64,000 bases of DNA from an uncultured Trueperaceae bacterium (GTDB lineage Bacteria > Deinococcota > Deinococci > Deinococcales > Trueperaceae). The stretch covers positions 512,001 to 576,000 of the forward strand of contig CAVSGP010000004.1 of assembly GCA_963727505.1 (NCBI GenBank). The letters are read 5' to 3'. Numbering within the stretch: position 1 is the stretch's first letter; the number at the start of each line of letters is the position of its first letter. Position numbers and translations under genes: made by a program. This document shows positions 39,436 to 49,156 of the stretch, in pieces. The notes beneath the pieces are model-generated. The model ran no database searches, was not told the DNA's origin, and saw only the letters and a list, made by a program, of their open reading frames with translations.

Positions 39436-40935
39436 ATGAAGCGAGTGCTGCTCTTCCTGGTGGCTTCGACGTTGGTTGGCAGTCTGGCTTGGGCAGCGGA
39501 TCCGCCTCCGCAACAAGGCGGCACCGTGACGGTAGCCATCACGGCCGACCCTCCCGGATGGGATCCGACGGCCTCCACCTCACAGGAGATCGCGCGCGTG
39601 GTCTACCACAATGTCTACGAAGGTCTGGTGCGGCTCGACCGCAACGGCAACATCGTGCCGGCCCTGGCGAAGTCCTGGACGGTCAGCCCGGACGGCACCA
39701 CCCTCACCTTCCAGCTCCGGAGCGGCGTGACGTTCCACGACGGCACGCCCTTCACGCCCGAGGACGTGGTGAAGACCTTCGAGCGGGCCAAGGACAAGAC
39801 CTCGGGGCACACCCATCCCGAGTACTACGCCTCGATCGACACCATCGAGGTCGGGCCCGACAACACGGTCGTGTTCCATCTCAGCAAGCCCAACTCCAGC
39901 CTGCTGTTCAATCTGGCGCGGCCGGACTCGGTCATCTATCCGCCGTCGAAGGCCAGCACCCAGCGAAGCCACCCCATCGGCACCGGGCCCTTCATGTTCG
40001 CTTCCTACACGCCGGGTAGCGAGGTGGTGCTGGAGCGCAACCCCCACTACTACATCCAAGGCGAGCCCTACCTCGACAAGGTCGTGTTCAAGATCATGCC
40101 GGACCCGAATACTCGCTTCGCGGCACTGCAGGCCGGTGACATCGATATGATCGCCAGCTCGCTGCCGCCCGAGCAGTACCTGCAGATCAAGAACGGCAGC
40201 GTGGCCGGCGTCAAGGGCGCTGAGGGCACAGCCACGACCGAGATCACGCTGGCACTCAACAACGCACGGCCGCCGCTGAACGACAAGCGCGTGCGCGAGG
40301 CCATCACCATGGCCATCGACAAGAAGGCGATCGTTCAGGGGGCCATGTTCGGTCTCGGCACCGTGATCAGCACGCACATGACGCCCGCGGAGCCGTACTA
40401 CATCAACCCCGACCCCTACCCCTACGACCCGGCGAAGGCCAAGCAATTGCTCGCCGAAGCCGGTTATCCGAACGGCTTCAAGATCAAGCTCGAGCTGCCC
40501 CAGCCCTACCCGATCGAGCGGCGTACGGGTCAGGTCATCGCTCAGCAGCTCAAGCAGGTCGGCATCGACGCGCAGGTGTCGGTCGTGGAGTGGACCACCT
40601 GGCTGCAGCGCATCTTCCTGGGTGGCGACTACGACATGACCATCATCGGCCACTCCGAACCGCGCGACATCAGCATCTACGGCAATCCCAACTACTACTT
40701 CCACTACGACAACCCGGTTGTGCAGAATCTGCTCAAGCAGGCCGAGGCCGCGACCTCGCCGCAAGTGCAGACCGCCGACTACCAGGAGGTCGGGAAGACC
40801 ATCGCTCAGGATGCGGTGAACGTGTGGGTCTTCAGTCCACCGTACCTGGTGGCCACGCGCAACGACATCTACGGCTTCTGGACCAACCAACCCACGCCGG
40901 CGATCGACATGACCCGCGTCTACCGCGCCCCCTAG
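39436..40935 (+). CDS. ABC substrate-binding protein, family 5 (DppA/OppA-like)
   Basis: AGGAGG RBS, signal peptide, YEGLV, PALAKSW, FHDGTP, PIGTGPF. Confidence 0.92.
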   Translation: MKRVLLFLVASTLVGSLAWAADPPPQQGGTVTVAITADPPGWDPTASTSQEIARVVYHNVYEGLVRLDRNGNIVPALAKSWTVSPDGTTLTFQLRSGVTFHDGTPFTPEDVVKTFERAKDKTSGHTHPEYYASIDTIEVGPDNTVVFHLSKPNSSLLFNLARPDSVIYPPSKASTQRSHPIGTGPFMFASYTPGSEVVLERNPHYYIQGEPYLDKVVFKIMPDPNTRFAALQAGDIDMIASSLPPEQYLQIKNGSVAGVKGAEGTATTEITLALNNARPPLNDKRVREAITMAIDKKAIVQGAMFGLGTVISTHMTPAEPYYINPDPYPYDPAKAKQLLAEAGYPNGFKIKLELPQPYPIERRTGQVIAQQLKQVGIDAQVSVVEWTTWLQRIFLGGDYDMTIIGHSEPRDISIYGNPNYYFHYDNPVVQNLLKQAEAATSPQVQTADYQEVGKTIAQDAVNVWVFSPPYLVATRNDIYGFWTNQPTPAIDMTRVYRAP

Positions 40936-40986
40936 GCGCGTCCGCGAACGGGGGACGGCGGACCGCGCCGTCCCCCCCGCCGCCCG

Positions 40987-41931
40987 ATGCTCGGCTTCCT
41001 CACGCGCCGCTTCCTCACCGCCATCGTCAGCGTGCTGCTGGCGTCGGTCGTGGTCTTCTCCGCGCTGCTGGCCGTACCGGGCGATCCGGCCGAGGTCATC
41101 CTCGGGCTGAACGCCAGCCCGGAAGCCTTGACGGCTCTGCGACATCAGCTCGGGCTCGACGAGCCCGCTGCTCAACGCTACGTCCAGTGGCTGGGAGGCA
41201 TCCTTCACGGTGACTTCGGCGAGTCCCTGAACTACCAGAAGCCGGTCGGGGCACTCATCCGCGGCCGCCTGGGCGTCTCCGTCCCGCTGTCGCTGGGAGC
41301 CGCCCTGGTGGCATGCCTCATTGCGCTTCCCCTGGGCATCCTGGCAGCCTTGCGCCGCGGCACGGTGCTCGACCCGCTGATCACGGCCTCCTCGCAGGTC
41401 GGCGCAGCGATCCCGAGCTTCTGGCTGGGTCTGATGCTCATCCTGTTCTTCGCCGTCCGCCTGCACTGGCTGCCCGCCGGGGGCTTCGCGGGCTGGCACA
41501 CCGACCCGGTGCGATCCCTGCGCAGCCTGATCCTCCCTGTGTTCGCCCTGGGCCTGGGGCAGGCCGCCGTCATCACCCGCATGACGCGCGCCGCGATGCT
41601 CGAGGAACTCGATCAGGATTACGTCCGGACGGCGCGCGCGAAGGGACTTGCCACGCGCCGCGTCGTCCTGCTACATGCGCTGCGCAACGCCCTGGTCACG
41701 ATCGTGACGATCTTCGGCCTGAGCCTCACCAACGTCTTCATCGGCTCGATCATCATCGAGCAGGTCTTCGCGCTGCCGGGGATGGGTAGGCTGGTGCTCA
41801 CCGCCATCGGCGCGCGCGACTTCCCCCTGCTCCAGGGCGAGATCCTCGTCTACGCAGCCACCATCGTGGCGCTCAGCTTCCTAGTGGACATCTCCTACGG
41901 CCTGCTCGACCCACGCATCCGGTACGAGTGA
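40987..41931 (+). CDS. DppB/OppB-like ABC permease
   Basis: PGDPA, GDFGES, DYVRTARAKG, LDPRIR. Confidence 0.92.
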   Translation: MLGFLTRRFLTAIVSVLLASVVVFSALLAVPGDPAEVILGLNASPEALTALRHQLGLDEPAAQRYVQWLGGILHGDFGESLNYQKPVGALIRGRLGVSVPLSLGAALVACLIALPLGILAALRRGTVLDPLITASSQVGAAIPSFWLGLMLILFFAVRLHWLPAGGFAGWHTDPVRSLRSLILPVFALGLGQAAVITRMTRAAMLEELDQDYVRTARAKGLATRRVVLLHALRNALVTIVTIFGLSLTNVFIGSIIIEQVFALPGMGRLVLTAIGARDFPLLQGEILVYAATIVALSFLVDISYGLLDPRIRYE

Positions 41932-42743
41932 TGCAACGGCGGCTCAATCTCGCGCTGGGAGCCATTCTAATCGGGCTCGTCGTGGTGGCCGCGCTCGTGA
42001 GCTTCGTGTGGTTGCCTTTCGATCCCAACGCCCTCGACTTCGCCGCGCAGCTGAAGGGGCCCTCCGCGCACCACTGGCTGGGGACCGACCAGTTCGGACG
42101 CGACCTCTTCAGCCGCGTGCTCGTAGGCGCCCGGGGGACGCTCTACGTCGGCGTCATCGCGGTGGGACTCGCGCTCACCATCGGTGGGTTGCTGGGAGCC
42201 GTCGCCGGCTACGCCGGGTCGCTCATCGACGAACTCCTCATGCGTTTGGTGGACGTCCTCTACGCTTTCCCCGCCATCCTTATGGCACTGCTGCTTGCCG
42301 CTGTCTATCAGCCGGGTACGTTGACCGCCATGAGTGCCATCGGTCTGGCCACCGTGCCGATCTTCGCGCGCCTCACGCGCTCCTCCGTGCTCTCGCTCAA
42401 ACAGCGGGACTACGTGGAGGCAGGCCGCGCGCTGGGCGCCGGCCACAGCCGCTTGTTGCGGCGCTACATCCTGCCAGGAGCCCTCGGGCCGCTCGTGGTG
42501 CAGGCGAGCCTCAGTATGGCCGTAGCGGTGCTGGCCGAGGCGGCTCTCAGTTTCCTGGGGCTGGGCACGCCCCCCGGCGTGCCGTCGTGGGGCAACATGC
42601 TCAGGGAAGCGCAGGGCTTCCTGGCCATGAGCCCGTATCCGGCGCTGGCGCCGGGTCTTGCCATCGTCTGGACGGTGCTGGGGTGGAGTCTTCTAGGAGA
42701 CGGGCTTCGCGACCTTGCCGATCCCCGCAGCCGCCGCAGATGA
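41928..42743 (+). CDS. DppC/OppC-like ABC permease
   Basis: HWLGTDQFGRD, EAALSFLGLG, PSWG, GDGLRD. Confidence 0.92.
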   Translation: MMQRRLNLALGAILIGLVVVAALVSFVWLPFDPNALDFAAQLKGPSAHHWLGTDQFGRDLFSRVLVGARGTLYVGVIAVGLALTIGGLLGAVAGYAGSLIDELLMRLVDVLYAFPAILMALLLAAVYQPGTLTAMSAIGLATVPIFARLTRSSVLSLKQRDYVEAGRALGAGHSRLLRRYILPGALGPLVVQASLSMAVAVLAEAALSFLGLGTPPGVPSWGNMLREAQGFLAMSPYPALAPGLAIVWTVLGWSLLGDGLRDLADPRSRRR

Positions 42744-42992
42744 GAGCCCCGCACGTGACGCCCGCTCTCGTTCCAACCGCTTGCGCGAGCACGCCCTAAG
42801 CAGGTAGGTAGGGTAGCCCGGCTCCTCCCCCGTCCGACCGAGTCGGAACTGGAAAGGCCTCTCCCACGTGCGCCCTGTCTCGATCGGCGTCTGCGCGCGG
42901 TGGTTGTGCGCCCCTCGGCGGCAACCAAGGCGCAACCCGCCTCTGTCCACTATGAGACTCCCGCAAAGGGAATCGTGTGGAGGAGGTAGAGC

Positions 42993-43532
42993 ATGTCCAG
43001 GAAGAAGATTGGCGTGAGGCTCAAGCTGGCTCATGAAACGTTCGGGAGCCTTGTCGATGAGGTGCTGGCACGCTCCGGCCTCTCGACGCCCGACCCGTCC
43101 TCTGGAGGCGTTGCCGAGATCATCCTCGACTACCCCCTCGCCTGGGCCTTCGGGCAACTCGACACGATGAACAGCATCGAGCGCGCACGCACGCTGGTCG
43201 TCACGCAGTCGAATCACCCGGCCTACCACGACTGCCTGGCGAGCTACCACGTCAGCGGCGTGGTCGAATCGACCAACGAGCCTGCACTCCTGAGCGGGGT
43301 GTACGCCGCGGCCGCGTCCCAGCGCACCTATCAGTGGAAGTCCGGGCTCACATACATGGAGCTCCGGGTGACGCGGCTGCTGCTCAAGGGGTTCGATACC
43401 GGTCGGGCGGCCGCTCAGCTCAGCATCTCATTCAAGACCGTCAACGCCCACGTCTCCAATGTCCTGGGCAAACTCGGCTTCGACAACCGCGCTCAGCTCG
43501 TTGCAGGCTTGCTGAGCCATCACCAGGCCTGA
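42993..43532 (+). CDS. LuxR-type HTH regulator with atypical receiver-like N-terminus
   Basis: GGAGGAGG RBS; LTYMELRV...AAQLSISFKTVNAHVSNVLGKLG. Confidence 0.88.
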   Translation: MSRKKIGVRLKLAHETFGSLVDEVLARSGLSTPDPSSGGVAEIILDYPLAWAFGQLDTMNSIERARTLVVTQSNHPAYHDCLASYHVSGVVESTNEPALLSGVYAAAASQRTYQWKSGLTYMELRVTRLLLKGFDTGRAAAQLSISFKTVNAHVSNVLGKLGFDNRAQLVAGLLSHHQA

Positions 43533-43558
43533 CCCCTAGGGGTCTCCCCCATCTCGCC

Positions 43559-43594
43559 AAGGGCGCCGTTCCATCTCCTTGGAACGGCGCCCTT
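43559..43594. terminator. 15-bp hairpin between convergent luxR and TPR genes
   Basis: AAGGGCGCCGTTCCA-TCTCCT-TGGAACGGCGCCCTT. Confidence 0.7.
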
Positions 43595-43653
43595 CCTGCG
43601 AACCCGCTGACGTTCATCTCGCTCCTGCCGAGCGGCGCCTTCGCGAAGTGGGC

Positions 43654-46129
43654 CTACGACGTCTCGGTGCGCCAGCGCTTACGTATACGCCGGATGCGCG
43701 CGTTCGCCAACGGCCGGCGAGGATCGTTCGGGGGTAGGTGCCGCCGCGTTTCCTCCCATAGCTCCAGGTCGTCCCCCTGCTGATTGGCCAGGTCGATCAT
43801 GGCATCGGCGTCGCCCGACGCAAGCACCGCCTGCCGGAGACTCTCCTCGAGGTGCTCGCGCAGCTCGACGACGGTCGGCGCCTCGGACTCCGGCAGGAGG
43901 GGGCCGCGATAGAGCTCCAAGGCCGCTTGCACCTTGCCTTCGTGCAACAACTCGAGCACCTTCACGAAGTCGGCCTCGTACGCCTCGGCGATGTGATACG
44001 GAAGCGGTTCGATCGGGATCACCTTGCGCGCACGCGAGATCGTTGCCTTCAGCGTGCTCTTGTTCGCGCGGTCCCCATAGAGCGCCAACGCGAGTTGTTC
44101 GCCCCGGATCCCCTCACGGTTTGCAGCCAGTACCGCGATCAACTCCGCGAACCGCAGGCTGAGCGTCGTCTCACCGTCATTGCCCCACAACGACCGCTTG
44201 CCCAGGAGCCGAATCTTCAGCTTGGGCTCGTCGTTCCTGAACAGCGCCTTCAACTGCACGACTTCGGGCCCGTCACCCCCGAGGAGTAACCAACCCGAGT
44301 CCCCAAGGTCCTTTAGAAAGCGAGCGTTACGTTCCATGAGGGCGTGGGCTTCGTCGGGGCGCCCCTCACGCAGGAAGTGGCAACCAAGATGGATCAACGC
44401 CTGAGCTGCGTAGGCGCCGAAGGGCTTCGAGATGAATTCGTCTGCAGCCTTCTGAAGGAGCGCTTCACCGTCACTCCTGCCCGTTGCCGCTAGAGCACAG
44501 CCAAGTGCCAGTCTGGCCACTCGTTCGTGAGCCGGGGACACCTCTCGCGACATCTCCATCGCCTCCGCAGCGACCTCGACCGCTCTACGCCGCATCCCGA
44601 GAACACCGTAGATTCGAACGAGATCGTTTGCAACCGTCGGAAGCTGAGATCGTGACGCATTCGCTGCAACCAGTTCGTAATAGTGCTTTGCCTCCTCCAC
44701 GTCACCAGCAACCAACGCGAAGTCGCCAAGCGTAGACAGAATCCCCTCTGTCGTCGGTGTTCCGACAAGAGACTTTCGGAATCTGAACTGTCGCGAGGGC
44801 CTGCTCTGCGCTGGCCACAGCGCCGGTCAGCAAGCGAGTGTATGCGGCGAAGTTGACAAGCGTGAGGCGAAGAAGCTCCTCTCTGAGACCGACCGTGTGA
44901 AACTGCCTCAACGCCCATCCTGCCCAGTGCTGCGCACGGCCATAATCTCCAGCTGACAAGTGAGCCAGCGCCATGTCACCTGCTACAGAAACCACGAGCC
45001 TTGGTCGACCAGCACGCTCGCCGTACTCCATGGCTTCTCTGAGAGCCTCAATTGCCGCAGGAATCTGACCGTCGAGAGTGAGTAGGAAACCGAGTGCCGC
45101 CGCGGTTACTGCATTGGGGCGTGCATGGTAGGCCCGCTCAGCCTCAGCGATGGAGCCCGAACGGACATCGATCGTTGCACGAAGCGCCCTAACATTTGGG
45201 GCCTCATGACGTTCCAGGTAGCGATCGACCAATGGCATTAGTGACCGCCAGCGGTTGACTGTTACCGCGGAACTGAACTGCCAGTAAACGACCTTCTCGT
45301 CACGCAAGAGCCAGCTTGGTAGCCCCGATATCGTCCTCCAAAACCGTTCGAACTGGCCAGTGTCAAAGAGGATGTTGCCCGCCTCTTCGACCATCTCTGG
45401 CACTCTCGTTGGAGCATGCCTTGCCGCCAATTCAAAGGCCTCCACCCACTTGCCATTCCTAATTAGCGCATCTACGCCCACACCCGCGTCCCTGGCCGAG
45501 AGTGCACGCACGGCAAGACCCAACTCCTTGGGATCTTCGGGGTCTTCTGGCCAAGCCAGCCCGAGAGCTCGTTCGACCAGAGCAATTGCCCCTCCGGTCT
45601 TCCAAACTGCTGAAACAATAATGCTCTCTTCACACTCGTCCCCGTAGAGATCAAGAGCCTCTTCCCGTGTCAACGCCAGATCGGAAGTCCCAACGGACTT
45701 CCATCCATCGCGCGATTCAAACTCTCCTGAATCGCAGGCGGCCTGCTGAACTAGGAGGTTCGGCGCCCGAACCACGGATGCAATCTCGCTCGCCCATTGC
45801 GGACACTTGTGTGCTTGCGTCAATACGAACGTAATTGGCTCAAGGGAAGGCAGATACGACTCAAGTACGCTCAGGCCATAGGAACCATCTGCACCGGTGC
45901 CGAACAATGGTGCGCCCAAGCCAAACCTGACCGCCTCCGATAACGCATCACCGACGGCAACATCGTCAGAACAATCGACCGCCTCTAGATCCATCCAGAT
46001 TAGTGGCTGTTCCGGCTGGCGTAGGCTTGCAATGACCCTGTTCAATCCCCAATCTTCGTCTGCCAAGACGGCTACAGGCGAGCCTGGCTCCGAGATCATC
46101 GCGCGGACACGGTCGATCCAAGCGTTCAT
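43654..46129 (-). CDS. Degenerate MalT/STAND-like + TPR + C-terminal winged-HTH regulator, one +1 frameshift near 44775
   Basis: ORFs 44702-46141 and 43654-44715 join if one base of TTT 44774-44776 is removed (QIPKSLVGTPTTEGILSTLGDF); GGAGG before ATG 46129; C-terminal LKIRLLG...LYRGPLLP. Confidence 0.75.
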
Positions 46130-46210
46130 GACCTCCTCCATGCCCAGTCTTCCAAGGAAGCCGAATCCGAATGGCGAAGCTCAACTGCTGCCGACTTATG
46201 CTTGGCTGAC

Positions 46211-47392
46211 ATGGAGCTCTCCTCACGCGCGATTGCTCGTAGAGCAAAGACGTTCCTCCGAAACCACGAACTTGGAATATTCGTGCCGGTCTTGCCTGGC
46301 CTGGAGCAGACGGCACTGGATGAAATCGAGGCGCTTGGCCACAATGCAATAAGAACCACTGGCGGAGTATCGCTCAGAGGCAGTCTCGCAACGGTATACG
46401 CAACCAATCTAATGCATCGGACTGGCAACCGGGTTCTCATACGCATCGACAGCTTCCTTGCTCAGAGCTACCCTATGCTCTACGATCACACAAAGAAACT
46501 CCCTTGGGAGATACTTCTAGGCAACTGCCCATATGTTGAGGTGAAGGTTGCCTTCGCACAGTCGCGGTTGCGAAACAAGAGTCACATCCGAGCTGTTGTC
46601 AGAGACGCCATTATTGACCGTTGCAAGCCTCTCGGGCTAGGTCCAGGGTTTGCGACACCAACCGGGGTCACGATCTTCCTACGACTTCATCAGGATAGGT
46701 GCACCATTAGCCTCGACTCGACTGGCACACATCTGCATAAGCGGGGATACCGAGTTGAGGAAGTCGCTGCACCAATTCGCGAGACGACGGCAGCAGGCAT
46801 CCTTTCGCTGGCAGATGCAAGCTCATACCAGGCAATCGTTGATCCATTTTGCGGATCAGGGACATTCTGCATCGAAGCAGAGATGCTTGTTCGAAGGGTC
46901 GCTCCGGGGCTGAAGCGTTCTTTTGCAATTGAACGCACACCGCTTCATTCGGCAGGGACCTATTCTCAAGTGCGGCGGGAAGTAGCTTCTCGCGAAATGC
47001 GTGCGCTCGGAGTTCGCATTCTGGGTAGCGACATTGAACCAAGAGCCGTGGAGTCCGCACATGCTGGACTTGCCCGTGCCAAGTGTTCTATCGCAAGGTT
47101 CCGCGTGTCAGACGCCTTGAACATCAATTTCCAATCGCTCAAGACGACAAGTGAACGAGGGCTGATTGTCGCCAACTTGCCATATGGGAGAAGACTTTCC
47201 ACACCAGCCGAGGTGCAGACCATGCTTGTCGAGTTCAAGGACCATTTGCTGACTCGCGGTGCGGGATGGGACTTTGCTCTCGTCACCGCTCACCCGGACA
47301 TCTTCGCGAACTCAGCACTCATGGTGAAGAGGCAAGTTGGATTCACCAATGGCGGATTGAGGGTGGTGGCGCTGTTGGGTGCTGTGCCTTAG
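46211..47392 (+). CDS. THUMP-domain SAM-dependent RNA methyltransferase (RlmL/YpsC-like)
   Basis: SLDSTGTHLHKRGYR, APIRET, DPFCGSGT, ANLPYG. Confidence 0.85.
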   Translation: MELSSRAIARRAKTFLRNHELGIFVPVLPGLEQTALDEIEALGHNAIRTTGGVSLRGSLATVYATNLMHRTGNRVLIRIDSFLAQSYPMLYDHTKKLPWEILLGNCPYVEVKVAFAQSRLRNKSHIRAVVRDAIIDRCKPLGLGPGFATPTGVTIFLRLHQDRCTISLDSTGTHLHKRGYRVEEVAAPIRETTAAGILSLADASSYQAIVDPFCGSGTFCIEAEMLVRRVAPGLKRSFAIERTPLHSAGTYSQVRREVASREMRALGVRILGSDIEPRAVESAHAGLARAKCSIARFRVSDALNINFQSLKTTSERGLIVANLPYGRRLSTPAEVQTMLVEFKDHLLTRGAGWDFALVTAHPDIFANSALMVKRQVGFTNGGLRVVALLGAVP

Positions 47393-47460
47393 GTCAGAAG
47401 CCGGTTGACGGCGAGCTCTGGCTCTCTCGCAACCTCCCGTCGAACTGTTGTGAACCGTCG

Positions 47461-48549
47461 TCAAGTGCGGTGATAGACAAGAAGTCCTTCAGCGGCGTTC
47501 GCTTCGTGCGTACCAAAGAAGGACGGGCTTCCAGCGCATTCGATCTTTCCGAGGAAATAGAGTCGCTCAAACTCGGCAACAAGCTCGGGATCAAACTGTG
47601 TCCTTGAGCCGTTGCGGACATATTGCAGTGCCTGCCTGGCGGGCATCGGGCTTCGATATGGGCGTTCACTAGTGAGCGCCTCAAATACGTCAACAATCGC
47701 AATTACGCGCGCAAGACGTGGTATCTCCTCCCCTTTGAAGCCAAGCGGGTACCCTAGGCCATCCCACCGTTCGTGGTGAGCACGAACGACATCTGCGATA
47801 GGACGAAATGTGACGGACACTGATGCAAGTAAGTCTGCCCCATATGAGGGATGCCGGCGAATCTCAGCGAACTCGTCCTCGGTCAGTCGGCCACTCTTCA
47901 GAAGGATATATTCGGGAACCGCTATCTTGCCCAGATCATGCAGTCTCGCTGCCCAATAGAGCACGGTCGTCTCTCTTGACGAAATGCCAAGCGCGTGTCC
48001 CATAACGAGCGCATTGCGTGCAACGCGCTCGCAGTGCCCTTGGGTGTGGTGGTCCCGAACCTCAACAGTGTTTGCAAGACTTGCAAGAACTCGTTGATAT
48101 CCTTCGAATTCTGCAACGCCACTTGCGCTCCTTCCCTGATGGCTTGGAGGCACATGTGCACGGGATACTAGCACTGTGGACATGCCTGCGAAGGTAGCGA
48201 ATACGGCACCCTGAAAAGCCCACCACCCAGTACCAGCGAAGGAATCCTGAATCTTCAATAACTGGTGCACTGCGATGGGAGAAACTAGCGCAATTGCGAC
48301 AACACTCGTGGCAAGGGCGCCAAGGACGCCGCCCCAGGCCGCGCCTACCAAAATCGGAAACAACATCGTCTCCGCCATCGCGGCATAACCAAACTCGATC
48401 CCCACGGCCCTGGTTGCAACCAGGAGGATGGCCGGCGCAAGGACGGCGAATGCTATGGCAGCTGAACGAATGCTTGGAAAGCCCGGCTCACGCGACCTCG
48501 TGCCTTGCAGGCGTAGATGCGAAGCCAATCGCCAGAGCGCGCCCCTCAT
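47461..48549 (-). CDS. Membrane-anchored HD-GYP phosphodiesterase
   Basis: About 4 N-terminal TM helices; LHDLGK, HHERWDGLGYP, DVFEALTSERPYR; ATG 48549 preferred over 48657. Confidence 0.88.
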   Translation of the reverse strand: MRGALWRLASHLRLQGTRSREPGFPSIRSAAIAFAVLAPAILLVATRAVGIEFGYAAMAETMLFPILVGAAWGGVLGALATSVVAIALVSPIAVHQLLKIQDSFAGTGWWAFQGAVFATFAGMSTVLVSRAHVPPSHQGRSASGVAEFEGYQRVLASLANTVEVRDHHTQGHCERVARNALVMGHALGISSRETTVLYWAARLHDLGKIAVPEYILLKSGRLTEDEFAEIRRHPSYGADLLASVSVTFRPIADVVRAHHERWDGLGYPLGFKGEEIPRLARVIAIVDVFEALTSERPYRSPMPARQALQYVRNGSRTQFDPELVAEFERLYFLGKIECAGSPSFFGTHEANAAEGLLVYHRT

Positions 48550-48662
48550 TGACTGTCCACCCCTCTGGGTACGCAAACACAGCGTGGTGAGGCGATAATC
48601 TGAGTTGAGCGCGACAAAGAAAAGCCCACGACATACGCCTCCTCTCGGCGTAGTCATAGACT

Positions 48663-48700
48663 AAAAGGCCGGCGCTTATGGACCACATAAACGCCGGCCT
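48663..48700 (-). terminator. Intrinsic terminator of the peptide transcript
   Basis: Minus strand AGGCCGGCGTTTATG-TGGTC-CATAAGCGCCGGCCT followed by TTT. Confidence 0.7.
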
Positions 48701-48779
48701 AGACAGACAAACTCTCAGTCATCTTGTGTCACTACATTATGACTCCGATGTAGCGATACCTAACGCCAGAAGACCGCCT

Positions 48780-48881
48780 TCAGCGTTGCGAGAAGTGCGA
48801 ACCTGCAGAGACAATTGCGGGCAAGCTGGCGACGAGTGCAAACACGATAGCCATGAAGATGCGCTTCCCTGTATTCTTCAT
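48780..48881 (-). CDS. 33-aa secreted propeptide MKNTGKRIFMAIVFALVASLPAIVSA|GSHFSQR (candidate signalling peptide)
   Basis: Translated by hand (below the ORF-track cutoff); GGGAG 4 nt before ATG; basic n-region, hydrophobic h-region, V-S-A cleavage site; own promoter and terminator. Confidence 0.8.
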   Translation of the reverse strand: MKNTGKRIFMAIVFALVASLPAIVSAGSHFSQR

Positions 48882-49127
48882 ATTTCTCCCATCCTCCCGA
48901 AACCCGTTTGCCGGGTAACGACATCTCTTCATCCACGGTCTCCCATACCGAGGATGCGCTTCTCAGGTCTCCCAACCTTGAAGCATTCTTCTGAGTCCAT
49001 CGGACTCAACGACTTGGAGCTGTTGGGGTTCTGTGGTCCAGACTCTCCCTGACTCAGCTCCCATCTCTTCCAACACCCGGGAAATCCCGGTAACCGATCA
49101 GGCCTCCCAACCAAATCGATTGGCGTT

Positions 49128-49156
49128 AGTGTACACACGACAGTGGCCTTCGTCAA
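49128..49156 (-). promoter_or_regulatory. Sigma70-type promoter for the peptide gene
   Basis: TTGACG (49156-49151), 17-nt spacer, TACACT (49133-49128). Confidence 0.75.

Noticed and set aside
48882..49121. c-di-GMP riboswitch or CRISPR array in the repeated-motif region
   Set aside because: A GGCAAAC is present but the rest of the class I/II consensus is not. Repeats are only 5-9 nt, irregularly spaced, and there are no cas genes.
48678..49156. Track ORFs 48760-48975, 48929-49156 and 48678-49052 as real genes
   Set aside because: No recognisable protein features. The first two use TTG starts, one of which is the -35 box itself. The 33-aa ORF explains the RBS, promoter and terminator better.
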